64,000 nt of DNA from assembly GCA_964016885.1 (NCBI GenBank), contig OZ024743.1, positions 197,284,001 through 197,348,000 of the forward strand, given 5' to 3'. How positions within the stretch are numbered: the first letter of the stretch is position 1; each line of letters starts with the position of its first letter. Of the stretch, positions 12,248 to 26,600 are shown one piece after another. Under the pieces are notes generated by a model, which worked only from the letters and a program-made list of their open reading frames with translations, searched no databases and was not told the origin of the DNA. The stretch comes from Eledone cirrhosa. Its lineage: Eukaryota. Position numbers and translations under genes: made by a program.

Positions 12248-12394
12248 TACACACACACATACATACTCGAACACAAAAATATAATTGAGAAGAAATAAAG
12301 ATTTATATTTATAAGAAACTAACAAGTATTAGATATCTACTCTCACCCCCCGCCCCACATATATATATATGAAAATGTCTGTGTATCTATATAT

Positions 12395-12640
12395 CCCTCT
12401 AACTATCTATATTAATATATCTTTCACTCTACATATCTTACTCTTCCTCTATCTATATTAATATATCTTTCACTCTACCTCCATACCTATCTATCTATCC
12501 TTCCCACTATCAATCTATATTAATATCTATTTCACTATCTACATATCTATATTAATATCCCTTTCACTCATCTACCTACATATCTACCTATCTATCTATC
12601 TACCTATCTACCTACTTATCTATATACCTATCTATCTCAG
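12395..12640. repeat. Degenerate ATCTATATTAATATATCTTTCACTCTAC repeats grading into (CTAT)n
   Basis: About 4 copies of the ~28-bp motif followed by tetranucleotide repeat. Confidence 0.7.
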
Positions 12641-13384
12641 TGCAGATGCTTGGTTCCTTATTGGTTTGAATAAGGGAACTATTAAACAAAAGACCAATAT
12701 AAGATATGAGGAACTTCTAGTGATAATGTTTATGATTATAATAGACTTCCTTTTAAACTAGACAACAAGAAAATAGAAACACTTTTTTTAAATGGAGTTT
12801 TTCATGGTCTCAGTGAACTGACAGATAAAAATCTTATCCATTGATAACAAAACAATCAACACCATTTTTAGAATTCCTTTTATTTACTTTTTTATCTATT
12901 CAATATGAAATACAGCAAATTTTTTTTCCCTATATTATAAAAAGAAAGAGGAAACACTTCTTTGAAACCAAATATTTTTTTTAGATTCTATACCTAAATA
13001 TTCATAGTATGATTTCATGAAAAGAAAATAAAGATTCTATCAAATCTTATAAGTTAAATATTTCAGTTCTTAACAAGCAAGTCTATATTTGTGATGGCTT
13101 TACAGTTGATTATACAATAGGTATTAAAGATAAATATATTCAAATTAAAATATTTCTATAATAGAAAGTTGAAATATATATATATATGAATTGATAAATA
13201 AAGGTCAGTTATTTTCAATGTTTTATGATAGAAGTTCAACCTCTACTTAAAAGCTATAACTAATTAAGGCTGCAAGGTTGATAGACTATTTGACCACTTG
13301 GCTAATGAACTCACATTTTACTACAAAAAACATTGTTATGCAGTTGAGAAAGGGATACCAGTCTGATTGATCCAGTTTGCTTAA

Positions 13385-13600
13385 TTAACCCTTTCAATAT
13401 CAACCCACCTGAGACTGTCCATGATTTTGTGGTATAAAAATCTCTAAATTTAGATTGTCTATATTTAAATTAAGACCTCCCTTCATAATCTTATTAAGTT
13501 ATGTTCTAAACTCTAGTTTAATAACGAGGAAGTTAGGCATTTTACGAAATTCATTTAAATTCTTGGATATTTTCAGAATTATTTTAAATACATAAGCTAT
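13385..13600. mobile_element. Diverged TTAA MITE family B copy
   Basis: Starts TTAACCCTTTC; internal similarity to 55034-55219 and 38025-38277. Confidence 0.55.
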
Positions 13601-15246
13601 AATCCTTCATTGCCTTCTATAAATAAAAATGAATACAAGGATTTTAAGGTCATCTTCCCTGCTAAAGCAGGGATAGGATTTGAAGACACCCTGACAAAAA
13701 GCTTCAGTACTCACTGTAAATGAGGTTGACACTACAAATGGCATCCAGCTGTAGAAAACAAGCCAAAATTGGTTCTGTATGAGCATGACATGGTCATCTA
13801 ACCTGGCTCTTCTCACAACAGGATAACTCATCTAACCCATGCCAACGGGAAAAAATGGATGTTAAACAGTGATGATGATGATATCTGCCTATGTGTCTAT
13901 CTATCCTTCTATCTAAAGAATGATATCTATCCGTCTATCTATTTATATTAATATCTCTTTCAAGACACCAAACAACCTCTGGTAACAATCTTATGTTGTT
14001 ATCAAGGGCTCTATCTATATCATGGTATGTACATGGGAGATTCCAAAGGTGGTTCCCTATTGTGTTCCATAGAATATTTTTGAACAAAACACCATCTTGT
14101 TGGCTAAACATACAAGTTTGCCACAACTGATAGGATTCTTAGAACATAGAGAGCTAAAACAAATACCACACAGCTTTGTGTCTGATGTTCTAACAATTCT
14201 ATTGCTCTGCACTGGTACTTTGTTCTATTGGCCCTGTAAGGATGAAAGGTAAACCTGGTCATGGCAGAATTTGAACTTGGAATGTAACACACGGGAACAA
14301 ATACTGCAAGACATTTTGTCCAATGTTCTATTGATTTGCTACACTAAAGAATAAATCCAACTGTGAATAAATATGTCAAAGAGTCACAGTATAGATCTGC
14401 TACAGTTGTTAAAAAACCATACTATAGAAGTAACCACAGTTAATGCATTGTAATTCAAAATATATAACATAATGAAACATAGAATTGACCTTTATGAACA
14501 TTAAAAAAAGACTTATCCATATGTCTTCTACTGATTATAATTGCTTTAAAATAAAAAAAAATAATCAATTAGCAGTAAATTTTGAATAAAAATTCTCAGC
14601 TAATTTGTTAAATGAATTCAATAACCACCAGAATTTAATACTAAATTAATTAGTGCTAGTAAAAATAGTTTCTTCTGTGAACCCATTAACCTGTAGAAGA
14701 TGAAACAAAAACATAAAAAAACAACAAACAAATGAAACAGATGTTATGAAGAAAAAACGATAAAGAAAACAGAAAAGGCCTGTATAAACATAAGATTCAA
14801 ATTAGGTTAGTTGCTATAACATTATATACTATGTACCAATCTTGGTATTTAAGTGCTGCTGAACTAAAAAGAAATACTAATTGACAATGATAAAGACTTT
14901 ATATTGATTTATTTTCAGTTCATATATATTTCATATATGTTGAAACTATTTCAAAAGTTTTGCTTCAATATTTACATATAATAAATAGCTCTTCAACAGA
15001 ATTAAGTGAAAGTTGGTGTTAATGACAAAATACTTTCCATTGAAACATATATTTTACAGTTCTATGAAAAGCTCAGATGTTTGAACAGAGAAAACTGGGA
15101 ACAATAACAGAAAATGATTTCATATCAAGAAAAGCTATCAAAAGTAACTTAGAGAACAAAATCTTATCAATCGGCAATTAGAATAGCTTAATATTTCAGT
15201 TAATGTTTCTAAGATTTTTCAGAAATTAACAATACAAATTTCTTTC

Positions 15247-15283
<37 letters not shown>

Positions 15284-15961
15284 AGAAAAATGACAAAATG
15301 CAATTTTCAAGTTACAATAAAACTTTAAGAATCAAAATGAAATGTGTAGCTTATTTCATTAACAAAATTTTCATTTATTTTCTAATTCAAAGTATATAAA
15401 AAAAAAACTCAATACTTTTCCAAGCAATTATGCTGCGACAATTTTTGTATGGAATGTTACTGCTGTTTGCTCACACTTAAAACTAGAAATAACAACAACT
15501 ACAACAACAAATGCTTAATGTGCATCCTGCAAATTAGTTCAATTATGTCTTTACAGTATAGAGAAACAACAGAGCTTCGAATTCCCAAAGAACAAGCTGA
15601 AATAGAGCTAATTGATGGTTTAACAAATAAAGTCGAATGAAATTGCAAAAGTAAAGTAAAAGTGATTCATTTAGAAAATTGTTTTCTAATGATGAATAAT
15701 AAAAACAACAAAAAAGAAAAAAAATTTCAGATCAAAGAAAATGATCTTACAGAAAGACAATTTTAAAAATTAAATATATGTAGATTTTCAATATTTTGTT
15801 AATGCCAATCATGGCACTGCCTCTAGTTTCCAGGGGAAAGCTTCTTTCTCATTCAATGTAATCGTGGCATTCAGATGTTTTTGCTGTTGTTGTTATAACT
15901 ACTATTATTATTATTATGAATTATGATGATGGTAATAATGATTTCTTTATTAGCCAGACAT

Positions 15962-17135
15962 AATAATAATAATTGTTTCTACTTTTGGCACAAGGCCAGC
16001 AATTACCCAGTGCATTACTGGTACTTTATTTTATTGACCCCGTAAGGATGAAAGGCAAAGTTAACCTCGGCGGGATTTGAACTCAGAATGGCAAGGACTC
16101 TATGCATCAAAGCATGGTGTCCGACCCTCTACCGATACTGCCAATCCACCGCCCTAATAATAATAATGATTTCTACTATACGCACAAGGCCAACAATTTG
16201 AAGGGAAGAGGTAAGTCAATTAAATCGACCCTGGTGCATTACTGGTACTTTATTTTATCGATCCCCGTAAGGATGAAAGGCAAAGCTAAAATAACAATAA
16301 TGGTTTCTGATTTAGACACAAGGCCAACACTTTGAAATGGAGAGGTAAGTCAATTAAATTGACCCCAGCGTGTTACTGGGACTTTGCTTTATCGACCCCA
16401 TAAAGATGAAAGGTAAAGCTAATTTCAACATGTGAAGATGATATAATATCTGTTCTGTGTTGTAATTGTTCAGGTATCTGTTCTATCATGCAGAAAAGTT
16501 TGACAATGTGTATGTGGGTGAAAGCGAGTATGTGTGGGGTTGTATGTGTGTGTACTAAACATACATTACTTTCTGTAAATAGAGCAAACCCTATAGAAGT
16601 AACTGAAGGCAACTATTCACACACTTACTTTCTCCTTCCCAAGCTCATAAGTAATAATCCAGCAAAAGATGGTATAACCCACCCCCACAAAAGAAACAAT
16701 AATAATAGCACAGCCACCCCCACCAGATGATAATAATGGTTTTTAATTTAGGCACAATGGAAAAGTCAATTAAATCATCCCAGTACTTCAGAACTTGACT
16801 GGTACTCTATTTTATCAACCTCAAAAGGATGAAAGGCAAAGACGACTTTCGTGGGATTTGAACTCAGAAAATAAAGAACCAGAAGAAATATCACAAAGTA
16901 CTTTGCTATATGGTCTAACAACTTTGCCGATGACAACGTATATGATTTAGGCACAAGGCTAACAATTCTGGGAGATGGAAAATTGATTAAATTGACCCCA
17001 GCGTGTTACTGGTACTTTATTTTATCAACCTCGTAAGGATGAAAGGAAAAGCTAACCTCAGTGAGATTTGAACTGAGAACATAACTATAGGCTGCAAAGC
17101 ATGGTGTCTGACGCTCTACTGATACTGCAAATCCT
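15962..17135 (-). mobile_element. Cluster of about 5 full/partial SINE family B copies
   Basis: Repeated GCACAAGGCCA...TACTGGTACTTTATTTTATCGACCCCGTAAGGATGAAAGGCAAAG...GGGATTTGAACTCAG at ~15970, 16170, 16300, 16740 and 16945. Confidence 0.88.
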
Positions 17136-17218
17136 GTTTCAAACTACTGTTTCAATAATAATAATAATTATTGTATTTGTTTTGTAAGGTTTTTAATATG
17201 AAATCGTGTTAAAACATA

Positions 17219-17368
17219 TTGTTATATTTGAGGAGGGTGATGTCCTAATATTTCCAAAAAGTAGTAAAACACACTCACTTTGGTTACTGAAGCGAAAACC
17301 AAACCAAACAGAGAGTTTTACTATTTTGGGGCAATATTAGGACAAGATGACTTTACCCAAATATAACA
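17219..17368. mobile_element. Foldback/MITE-like element, imperfect ~65-bp arms
   Basis: GTTATATTTG..GTCCTAATATT..AGTAAAAC..TTTGGTT mirrored by AACCAAA..GTTTTACT..AATATTAGGAC..CAAATATAAC; single arm also at ~47590-47668. Confidence 0.7.
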
Positions 17369-17389
17369 TTAATTATTATTATTATTATT

Positions 17390-17590
17390 TAGGGCAGTGG
17401 ATTGGCAGTATCGGTAGAGGGTCGGACGTCATGCTTTCCAGCATAGTTACGTCCCTTTACGATCTGAGTTCAAATCCCGCCGAGGTTGACTTTGCCTTTC
17501 ATCCTTACGGGGTCGATAAAATAAAGTACCAGTAATGCACTGGGTAATTGCTGGCCTTGTGCCTAAAGTAGAAACAATTATTATTATTTA
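17390..17590 (+). mobile_element. Full-length SINE family B
   Basis: GGCAGTGGATTGGCAGTATCGGTAGAG...GAGTTCAAATCCCGCCGAGG...GTAGAAACAATTATTATTA. Confidence 0.92.
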
Positions 17591-18015
17591 TTAATATGAC
17601 TTATAGCTTAGGCACAAGGTCACATATATTTGAGCATATGGTAATAGTTCATTTGATGCCCTGCCTTTCCCAGTAACTGACTGATCCTTATTTTATTATC
17701 CAGAGATGGGTAAAAGGTAAAGTTGATAAGGGCAAGACAAAAATCTATGATAAAATAATACACATTCTGCTTTGCTATACTATGTTAATAACGATGATGG
17801 CGGTTTCTAATTTAGGCCCAAGGCCAACAGTGTTGGGAGAGGGGAACTCATCTAAATCAAACTCCTAGTACTTTACTGATACTTTATCATATCGACTCTG
17901 GACAGATGGAAAGTAATGTTGGCCACAGTATTTGAACTTACAATTAAGACAGCTGGAACAAATATGGCCAAGTATTTTATCCAATGCTCTAATAATTCTG
18001 CCTATATATATATAT

Positions 18016-18652
18016 ATCAGATGTTGTTTACTCGAGAGAAGGCTACGTTGGTATGGACACGTGATGCGCATGAAAGTCGATAGCTGTATAACAAAGTGCA
18101 GGGCAATAAAGATAGACGGAAGTCACGGAATAGGCAGACCTAGAAAAACCTGGGACGAGCTGATAAACTCCGACATCACACACTTACACCTCTCCAAGAC
18201 AATGTCACTGGACCGAGACCTTTGGCGGTACTCAGTAACAGAGAAGACCCGCCTTACCTAAATACAAAGTAAAACCTACTACAGTCAGTAGGCATCTCTA
18301 ACAAAATACACCCCATCCCACCACCCCCACCCCATCCACACCACCCCCTTCTATGTAAAGTTATGTTGGTGCCGCGCCATAGGCCGAAACAAATGAGATC
18401 GTGTAGGTGTCACGACAAAAAAACACACAGTCCACGCTGTAATGTGGCCGTGTAGGCAACACGGTAAAAACCTCCCAGACCCACACTGTAAATGTGGTTG
18501 GTGTTAGGAAGGGCATCCAACTGTAGAAAACCTGCCAGACAGTCCTATGCGAGCAAGACAATCACTCTTGCCTCAAGTGGGACTACCCCCGTCCAAACCC
18601 ATGCAAGCGTGGAACACGGACGTTAAACGTTGATGATGATGATGATGATGAT
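18016..18652 (+). mobile_element. 5'-truncated RTE-clade LINE: ORF C-terminus (to 18261) plus 3' UTR and (GAT)n tail
   Basis: Translation RRLRWYGHVMRM...GRPRKTW...DRDLWR is the typical RTE C-terminal signature; the UTR carries GGTGTTAGGAAGGGCATCC and ends GGACGTTAAAC(GAT)n; inserted in (TA)n. Confidence 0.9.
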
Positions 18653-18729
18653 GTGTGTGTGTGTATATATATATAAATAAATAAATAAATCAGAATGGAT
18701 GCAGTAAAAAACTGTTAGACTATTACTCA

Positions 18730-18858
18730 CCAGAGTACTCGATACTTGGGGTAGTAATGTGGGTAATATGAAAAATTTGGGACCCTGACAGCTAGACTCA
18801 AACTGTTCGGATCTAGCTGTTGAAATGGCAGAAGCTCAGCCATTGGGGTCCCGAATTT
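18730..18858. mobile_element. Foldback element, CAGAGTACTC family
   Basis: CAGAGTACTCGATACTTGG start; AAATTTGGGACCC...GGGTCCCGAATTT inverted arms; ends in (TA)n. Confidence 0.7.
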
Positions 18859-21800
18859 ATATATATATATATATATAAAAACACACACACATATATATAT
18901 ATGCACACATACATACATAAATATGTACCTATATACACACACACACACACACAGACACTTCATCATTATCGACAAGAAAAAAATGCTGGTTAAGCCAAGA
19001 TTTGTCAACTTTAATGGTATTGTCAAATTAAAAACTATAAAACCCTTTGAGATTAGTTTTTCTTATCTTTGTTTTAATAAGCTTTAATAGCTCGATGAAC
19101 TACTTAAATAACTGACAAACTGAACAAGCAAATACTCATGAGCCATCAGCAAAATTTAGAAGGCTTTTTGCAACAGCTTCTTTCTTAAGCTGTTACTTTC
19201 AACCAAAGAAGAAAAAAAAGTTGCTCAGATACAATCCAAATTAGGGGACTACAATTAAATCTAGCTATCTAGATTCAATAAGATCTGTAAACTGAAGGTA
19301 ATACTATGTAAAAGACAGAGGTAGGAGGGAGTTTTATGTAATGAATTGGAAAGAATGTTCATTAAAGAGAGACATTTTTTTAATTTAAATTTTTTTTTCC
19401 AATCTAACATGTATGAGGATGATTTTGTTTCAATACCTTTTGTTCATGTAAGTATGTACACATGTAGATATGAATGTATGTACATGTATGTTTGTGTGTG
19501 ACAGTGTCAAGCTTAGGGTGAGTACACTGCATAAATGGTTGTTTTTTTAAAGAGTCATTTCCACTGTCTCTGGATTCTACTGTTTTTATGTACATGTTTA
19601 TATAAATATTAACACATGATGGAGGCATCTGTTTTGTGCCTCTATGTATGTGTGTGTGCTCGCATGCATCTGTGTGTCTGTGTTTTCAGGAGTTTGTTTA
19701 ATTTCATTTGATTCTGTTTTCCTTATTAGATTTTTGAATTAACATAATTTTCAAGAAAGAAATCCTAAATAAAAAAAGAAAGAAAAAATCTACCTAATCC
19801 AATTTTGATTGCTGGAAAAAAGAGGAGAGTATGGAGGAGATTGAGGACCAAGATACTGAAATCTACGTGCCATAATCCTGTTACATAGTTCGTAATATTA
19901 GGAGGAAGGCAAAGAGAACTTTCATAACAAACAAGACTCAAGATAATGGCATACACCTTGATAGGGGCACATATAGGAAGAGTTTGTATGAAGATATCTC
20001 TATCAAAATACAAACAAGAAAATCAGCAAACAATGTTTTAAAGTAAACTGGAAGAAGGCGATATGGAAAAAAACCTTCATTAAATAAAAACAAATTAATA
20101 AATATAAAATGATAGAAAATACTAAGAACTCCTGACAAACAGGATAAAAGTTATGACACAAAAACAATTGATAAAAAAATTTGATTCTTAACAAGAGATA
20201 CTTTATATCATTTAGAATTTTTATTTTTTATCTCAAGAGGAAAAGGAATGATAACAAAAAAGAGAATATATATTTAAATGAAATTTTTTTACAAATATTT
20301 CGTTAAATAACCATTTGATTTGAAATTATCATTTTTCTTTTCATGTGGATTACGTAAAAGAAAAAAAAATTTTTTATTGCATATATAAAATAAAAACATT
20401 GAAAATATATTAAAAAGAAAGTTTTCTTATTTAAATTGATGTCTTTATATAAATAAACATTTCCTTACAGTGTCAAAATATGATAATGGCACTAAAATTA
20501 AACTGAATATTTAATAAGACTTCATGTTTTAATGTTTGTTCTCAACCACTACCACCCTACGGAATAATTTGTCTACTTCAATGCTAGAAATGTCAACCAT
20601 TTGAAACTGAAATGATTTAGAAGGAGGTGTGTCCTGTGGAGTGGGTGGATTTCTTGGGAGTTTGATTTTATTTTATTTCATTTTTTTTCTTTTTTACTCA
20701 ACTAGTACAATGCAAACTCCTCACCCCCACCCCCAGACAGGAGGCTAGGAGGAAGGTCCCCTCAAATTGAAGACCCTGTCTTAAATATTTGCAACAGAGT
20801 GGGCTTCACCAAAGATGCCAAAGGGCTAGGTGGTGGCATTATATCAGGCAATGGATTAAATCTACCACCAACCAGTATAGGCCACAGCAACATTTGAACT
20901 CAGAGCAGAAAGATACCGAAACAAAAACTGCAAGGAAATTAAACCAACATTCTAGAAATTCAGAGCATAGAAAGCGAGGATAAAAACCACAAGGCATCTT
21001 GTCCCATGGCCTAACATTTCTGAGAATTCACAGCCTAGATCAATATCAATTAAAAGGGTAAACAAGTTGTTAAATCCTTTTATTACAATATTTCTAATTA
21101 AATACACTGTGAATGGTTTTCAAATAATCATATAATGAATACGTTATGAAGAAGTTCCTAGAGAAAGATATACAGATGAAGAAAAAATAAAAATACAGTC
21201 TTCCCCGTAAGATGGTAGTGCTGGAATTACAAAGAAATGCTCCCAGTGCATGCTGTGAAGTGGTTGGTATTAGGAAGAGCATACAGCTGTAAAAATCAAG
21301 CCAAGAGCAGATAGTACTAGGGAGATATAGTCACCTGACCAGTCTCATTTCAGTATGCGACAACCCAACTAACCCATATCAGCATAGAAAATAGGCATTA
21401 GATGATATCCTTATCAACATTGTTTTATCTCTGCTTACTATGCTTGAATTGCCAGATGGATGGATAGATAGATAGAGGGATGTATAGAGAGATAGACAGA
21501 GGGGTAGACAGATATACACAAATATATGAGACACACAGAGAGAAGCTTCACTTGTGTATGAGCTAAGAAGTCTTACGCTGGCAGTAAAAAGCTACAGTAT
21601 CTAAACAGTCTTAAACACAGCATTCTTGAACATTCTTTAAACAATACACATCTCATATTACTTTAACAACTAAAACTACCTTAGTAAAGATTGTTTGTAT
21701 ACACAATCTCAACTATTTCTTTTTTAAAGAATTTTTATTGTTTTTCTGCCATTTCTTTTCTTTTGTTTTATTTGGTATTTTGTGTTATTTTTAATTATTT

Positions 21801-22412
21801 ATGTTTTGTTATGTGATTGTAAAACAGAATGTTCACTGTGACAAACAAAACAGAAAGACAAGAAACGAAGGCCTCTAAGTTACTCTCCATAAAGATGAAA
21901 AAAAAATAAAAGACGTGTCTAGCACATGCCCTAGTCTCTAGGAAAATGCTTCTAGAATGTATGGAACAGAGAGGGTGTGAGTACCTTCACCACCACACCC
22001 TTGAACCATTTACTACACATGAAAATACTACAGTGTTTAGAAAATAAATCACACTCATAAATGTTCTTGGTGAAAAAATATGTAAGAAAACAAAAAACAA
22101 AAGGAATAAAGAACATGCCAAAAATAAAGATATAATTGAAATTGGAGAAATGAATAGAGCCATAATGAGTCACTGGTGAATTAGTAGTAAAGCAGATACT
22201 TTACATAGGGAGACTAAGTCAAATAAAACAAATGACTGGGTAGGTGAAGGAGTTAAAAGATTAAGCATGTTGGCTCAGTGTCTTGGAATGTGGTTTCCAT
22301 CCCAGCATAAGCGCAACAAACAAATTTTGAGTTCATCTACTCTTTTGATGGATGGTTGAGCTTTCTCCAATCATAGCTACACTACACCTCTAGAACTATT
22401 ATTATGATCATT

Positions 22413-22639
22413 TTAACCCTTTCACATTTAAACCGTCCATATCCAGCCAGAATTCTCTCACCTCTTTCTGTTCAAACCGGTTGTAACTGGCCACTCATAC
22501 CGATTTTTAACATATTGTTCTCAAAATAAATATCAAAATCTTGTAGATTCAATATTATATGAGATAATTATGCAGGATAAAGCCTTGCATGTGAAAAAAC
22601 AATTGTAAATATAGAGTAATGTGAAAGCTAAAGGGTTAA
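22413..22639. mobile_element. piggyBac-type MITE family A (TTAA TSD)
   Basis: TTAA-CCCTTT...AAAGGG-TTAA termini; ~225-bp body shared with about 10 copies. Confidence 0.88.
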
Positions 22640-23145
22640 GACACTAAAAACTGTCTTGTAGCAGCCCATACAGTGAATGAATGCTGCCTTCTCATGTAGT
22701 AATTTTAGGGCATATCAAATTCATAAAGCACATTCTTCAAATTAAACTTATGGGTTGGTACTTTTTTCTTCAAGCATACAGAAGAGGAATTGCAGTGAAT
22801 TTGGGAACTGGAGGGGAGTCAATCTCTTGCCAATGCCATAGATGTATACAGCTTGGTTATCTTCAGCCATGAGTCACTATCAACAACATGTTATGTGAGG
22901 AGGAAACAGGATTCTTCTACCCAAAGCAGCCATGTGCATAACAGTTCTTCTTCACTGTAACAGATCATTGATCAGTGACAACAATTCTAGGCACCATATC
23001 TATTTGATCATATGTCTGTCCACTCTTGAACAAGCATTAAACAACAACTACATCATTATGCCTTTATGAAATGCTGTACCTGAAGGCTTTCTCTTATTCA
23101 CGTTACACTGTTAATAATATATCATCATGGCTATTTGGTCTTATG

Positions 23146-23694
23146 CTAATCCTTTTAATAGTAGCCCTGTCGAACTAGATCTGGTTCTATGAAGCAAAAA
23201 TCATATTTTAAAGGGTTCTTATTTAAACTGATATCTTCCAACATACTTTTATATTATAAAAAACATACATTAACCCTTTAACAACCCATGCTAGCGTGGA
23301 AAATGGACATTAAACGAAGATGGTGATGATGATGATGATGATTACTCTACATATACTATTGTATTTTTGTGGTAAAGGCTTTTTCTTACATAATTATCTC
23401 ACATAATATCGAATCTACGAGATTTATATTATTTATTTTGAGAACAATACCAGTTTGAGCGGCCAGTTACAATTGGTTTAACAGAAAGAGGTGAGATAAT
23501 TTGGGCCAGATATGGCCGGTTTAAATGCTAAAGGGTTAAGTTACTATTTTAGTAGTTAAATAATAATGTTTTAGCCATATTAGAACAACATAACCTTCCC
23601 CAAATATAACAACTTTAGTAAATTCCTCCAAATTCTTCATTAATTAATTGAAATAAAGTATATTACAATAGAAATATGGTCATAATAGTGTTAA
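23146..23694. mobile_element. MITE family B copy interrupted by a MITE A (23270-23539), itself interrupted by an RTE tail (~23281-23342)
   Basis: Flanks align with the reverse complement of 54754-55219, where ACATTAAGTTACTAT is the empty site. Confidence 0.8.
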
Positions 23695-26600
23695 CCAATG
23701 TGACTATCCTCTTATTATAACCACACTGTGATTTGAGAATGATTGTGTACTATTTCTAGCAGGCAAAATGGCTATATTGAGCTTCTTTATTTGCGAGCAA
23801 AATGCTTCAGTAATCACATACTGGAATCAATGTAGAACATGATAACTAAATATACCAGTTTCTTTATCTCCTCCCGCATTCAGTGTTGTCTAATCAACAA
23901 TTACAAACCAAGTTGCAGACTTGTAATATCTCCTTAAACTGAGACTTTGAAGGGATTACTTAGATGGCAAATATAGTAATTAGATAACAAGTAAAATTGA
24001 AAGTATCAACTTGCAACACTAGAGTGAGAGGCAAAAACAAGAGAAAGTCTAATAATAGTAGATGGTCTAATTATCACGGTTAGGTTATAGATTATTATGG
24101 TGACATGTTGACAACATTTTAATCAACTAGTTATAATAATGGCACACTAACCAGATGAACATGTGGTGTTTCAATCACTAGCCATTATTTATTCAAACCT
24201 GATTAAAATGACAAAATGCATTACGTTTTTACAGTTGTCAACTTCTTATCATATTTCCTAAGTTTCTAGTTTTAAGCCGCAAAGATTTTAAAACAATAAT
24301 TCTATTACTAATCATATGGAAAATGGACGTTAAACAATGATGATGATGATGAACTCTATACTAATTATAAGCAATTTCAAAAGATTGACTTTTTTCCTTC
24401 AGCTTTTTTTTAAAACCGCACATAAAAATATACTACACTGTTATTTCAAATGTATTCTACTGTATAAAACAAAAATATACAACATAGATATCTTATTACA
24501 CATGTTGACAAGTAACAATATAACTTATTGGGTATATCTGCATTCTTCTTCATCTCTGATGAGTTTGTAGATATACCAAGGCATACAACAAATGTTTATG
24601 CTACATAACAAAAAGCATAAAAGCCTATCTTATATTCGATGATTGGAGAACTATGAGACTGTCCAGTTTATAATTTTACATCATGTTATCAAAATAAGTT
24701 GGATTACTTTGAATAAATCATGAATGACTGTTATGTAATTTATCTACTAAATTTCTTAGCTCTTGATTAAACATAAATAATCTTATATACAATGTATTGC
24801 TTATTTCAAGATTCACTTCTGTTAAAACTTTCAAATGTCAACTTCCGTTAGCATTCATATCATAAAATTTCGCTGTAATGCCATTTATATATAATATTTC
24901 CATCGTTATATCATAAACGTTTATATATCACGTTTAATTGTATCATGGATTACTATACTGATTACAAAAGAATGTGTAACACAATTTTAGTTCAATTTAT
25001 GTGCATATTGTCAATTTACTTTTCAATTTACGTATCATATCTATATGCATATATATTTACGTATACTATCAATATGCACACTACATATGCTAGCAGAAAA
25101 CCACCTGGAAGACAGTTCTTCTAATATATATAATAGAAAATGCCATACTATTAATATGATATATACAAAGTTGTGATGTTTAGCTCTAGGGTGGCTCTGG
25201 TCAAGAAGATCAATGGTATTCAAGACATAATCTTGTATGCACCACTTTCCCTCCCATACACCTCCTTCACAAGAATCCCTGGATTATAGAAAGGGATTAA
25301 TTTCTAGGTTAGGATAAATCCTACAGATACAATAGCACCTAACATGCATGCAGGTTGACAAAACCTTTCAGCAATGTCTGAATATTACTAACTCCTGGAG
25401 TTATGTCAAACAGCTATTGTCATGCATAGGTTGGATCCAGCTTATAAGCAGAGTCAGTAATGAAAATTAATCTGACACCTTTGGCTGGGAAAGGCAGGCC
25501 ATTTTCCTCTCTCTGCAGGCTATGGCAACAAACATAGTATCCTAGATTGCCAAACTCTCATCAACTTCTTCAAGTTCTTCTATTTAAGAGGCAGCATAAC
25601 ATAGTGAATGAGGTATACTAGTACCCTCTAGTTTAATTTACAGAAAAATAGGTGAGATAGGTAGGTGAAAGAGGAGGGAATGGGTCGTCCCATTTCATGC
25701 CTTTATATAATATAGTTTTACAGGGATTCTTCTTCAAGATCAATTATGCATAAAGGTTTAATATTTTTGTAATCTGTCTTTGTAATGCCATATTTATCTA
25801 TTACTCTTGTGATAAATAAAGGAAATCATCAGTCATCACCATTATCATTATTATACTCGAAAGTCAAATTGTGTGAAACCAGTCGGTCTAAGAGCTGATA
25901 GGGTATATAAAAATGTTTGTGTGATTTTGTCTCATCCATTTTCTTCCTCTTTTCCTTGCTTCCTATCACTTCTGTGGGTCAATACACTTCTAGCCACTGA
26001 TTTCTGTCCTTTGAGGTAAATTTAGCCCAATGCTGTCATTGGCGGCATTTTGCTGTTTTAACAGCTTCCCTGCATTGAGTTCTCAATATTCTATGACTTT
26101 TAATACACTCATGCTTCAAACCCGATCTTAGAGATAACCTTTGTATATTATCATTAATATTCAGAGTTGATAAAGTACCAGTTAGAGACTAGGGTAATTT
26201 AATTGATCTCTGCCCCACATACAGACAAATTTCTGGCCTTGTGCCTCAATTAGAAACCATTATTAGGCAGGGGTTTGGTTTTACAACTCAGGTTCAAATG
26301 CCACTAAGGTTAAATTCACCTTCTGTGATCAATAATATAAAGTACTAGTCAAGTAGTGGGGTCAATATATTCGACTTTTCACACCACCAACATTGCTGAC
26401 CTGGTGCTTATCATCATCATCATCTTTATCGTTACCACTATCATCATCATCCCCACCACCACCACCACCATCACCATTAGATTTATCATCATCACTACCA
26501 TCAGCATCCTCATCTTCACAAACACCACCATCGTCCTCATCATGATTTCTTCACAACCACCACCAACAACAGCAACATCTTCACCATCATCATCATCAAA

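Noticed and set aside
19765-20194. Overlapping short ORFs / possible exon
   Set aside because: No recognisable protein motif or convincing splice pair.
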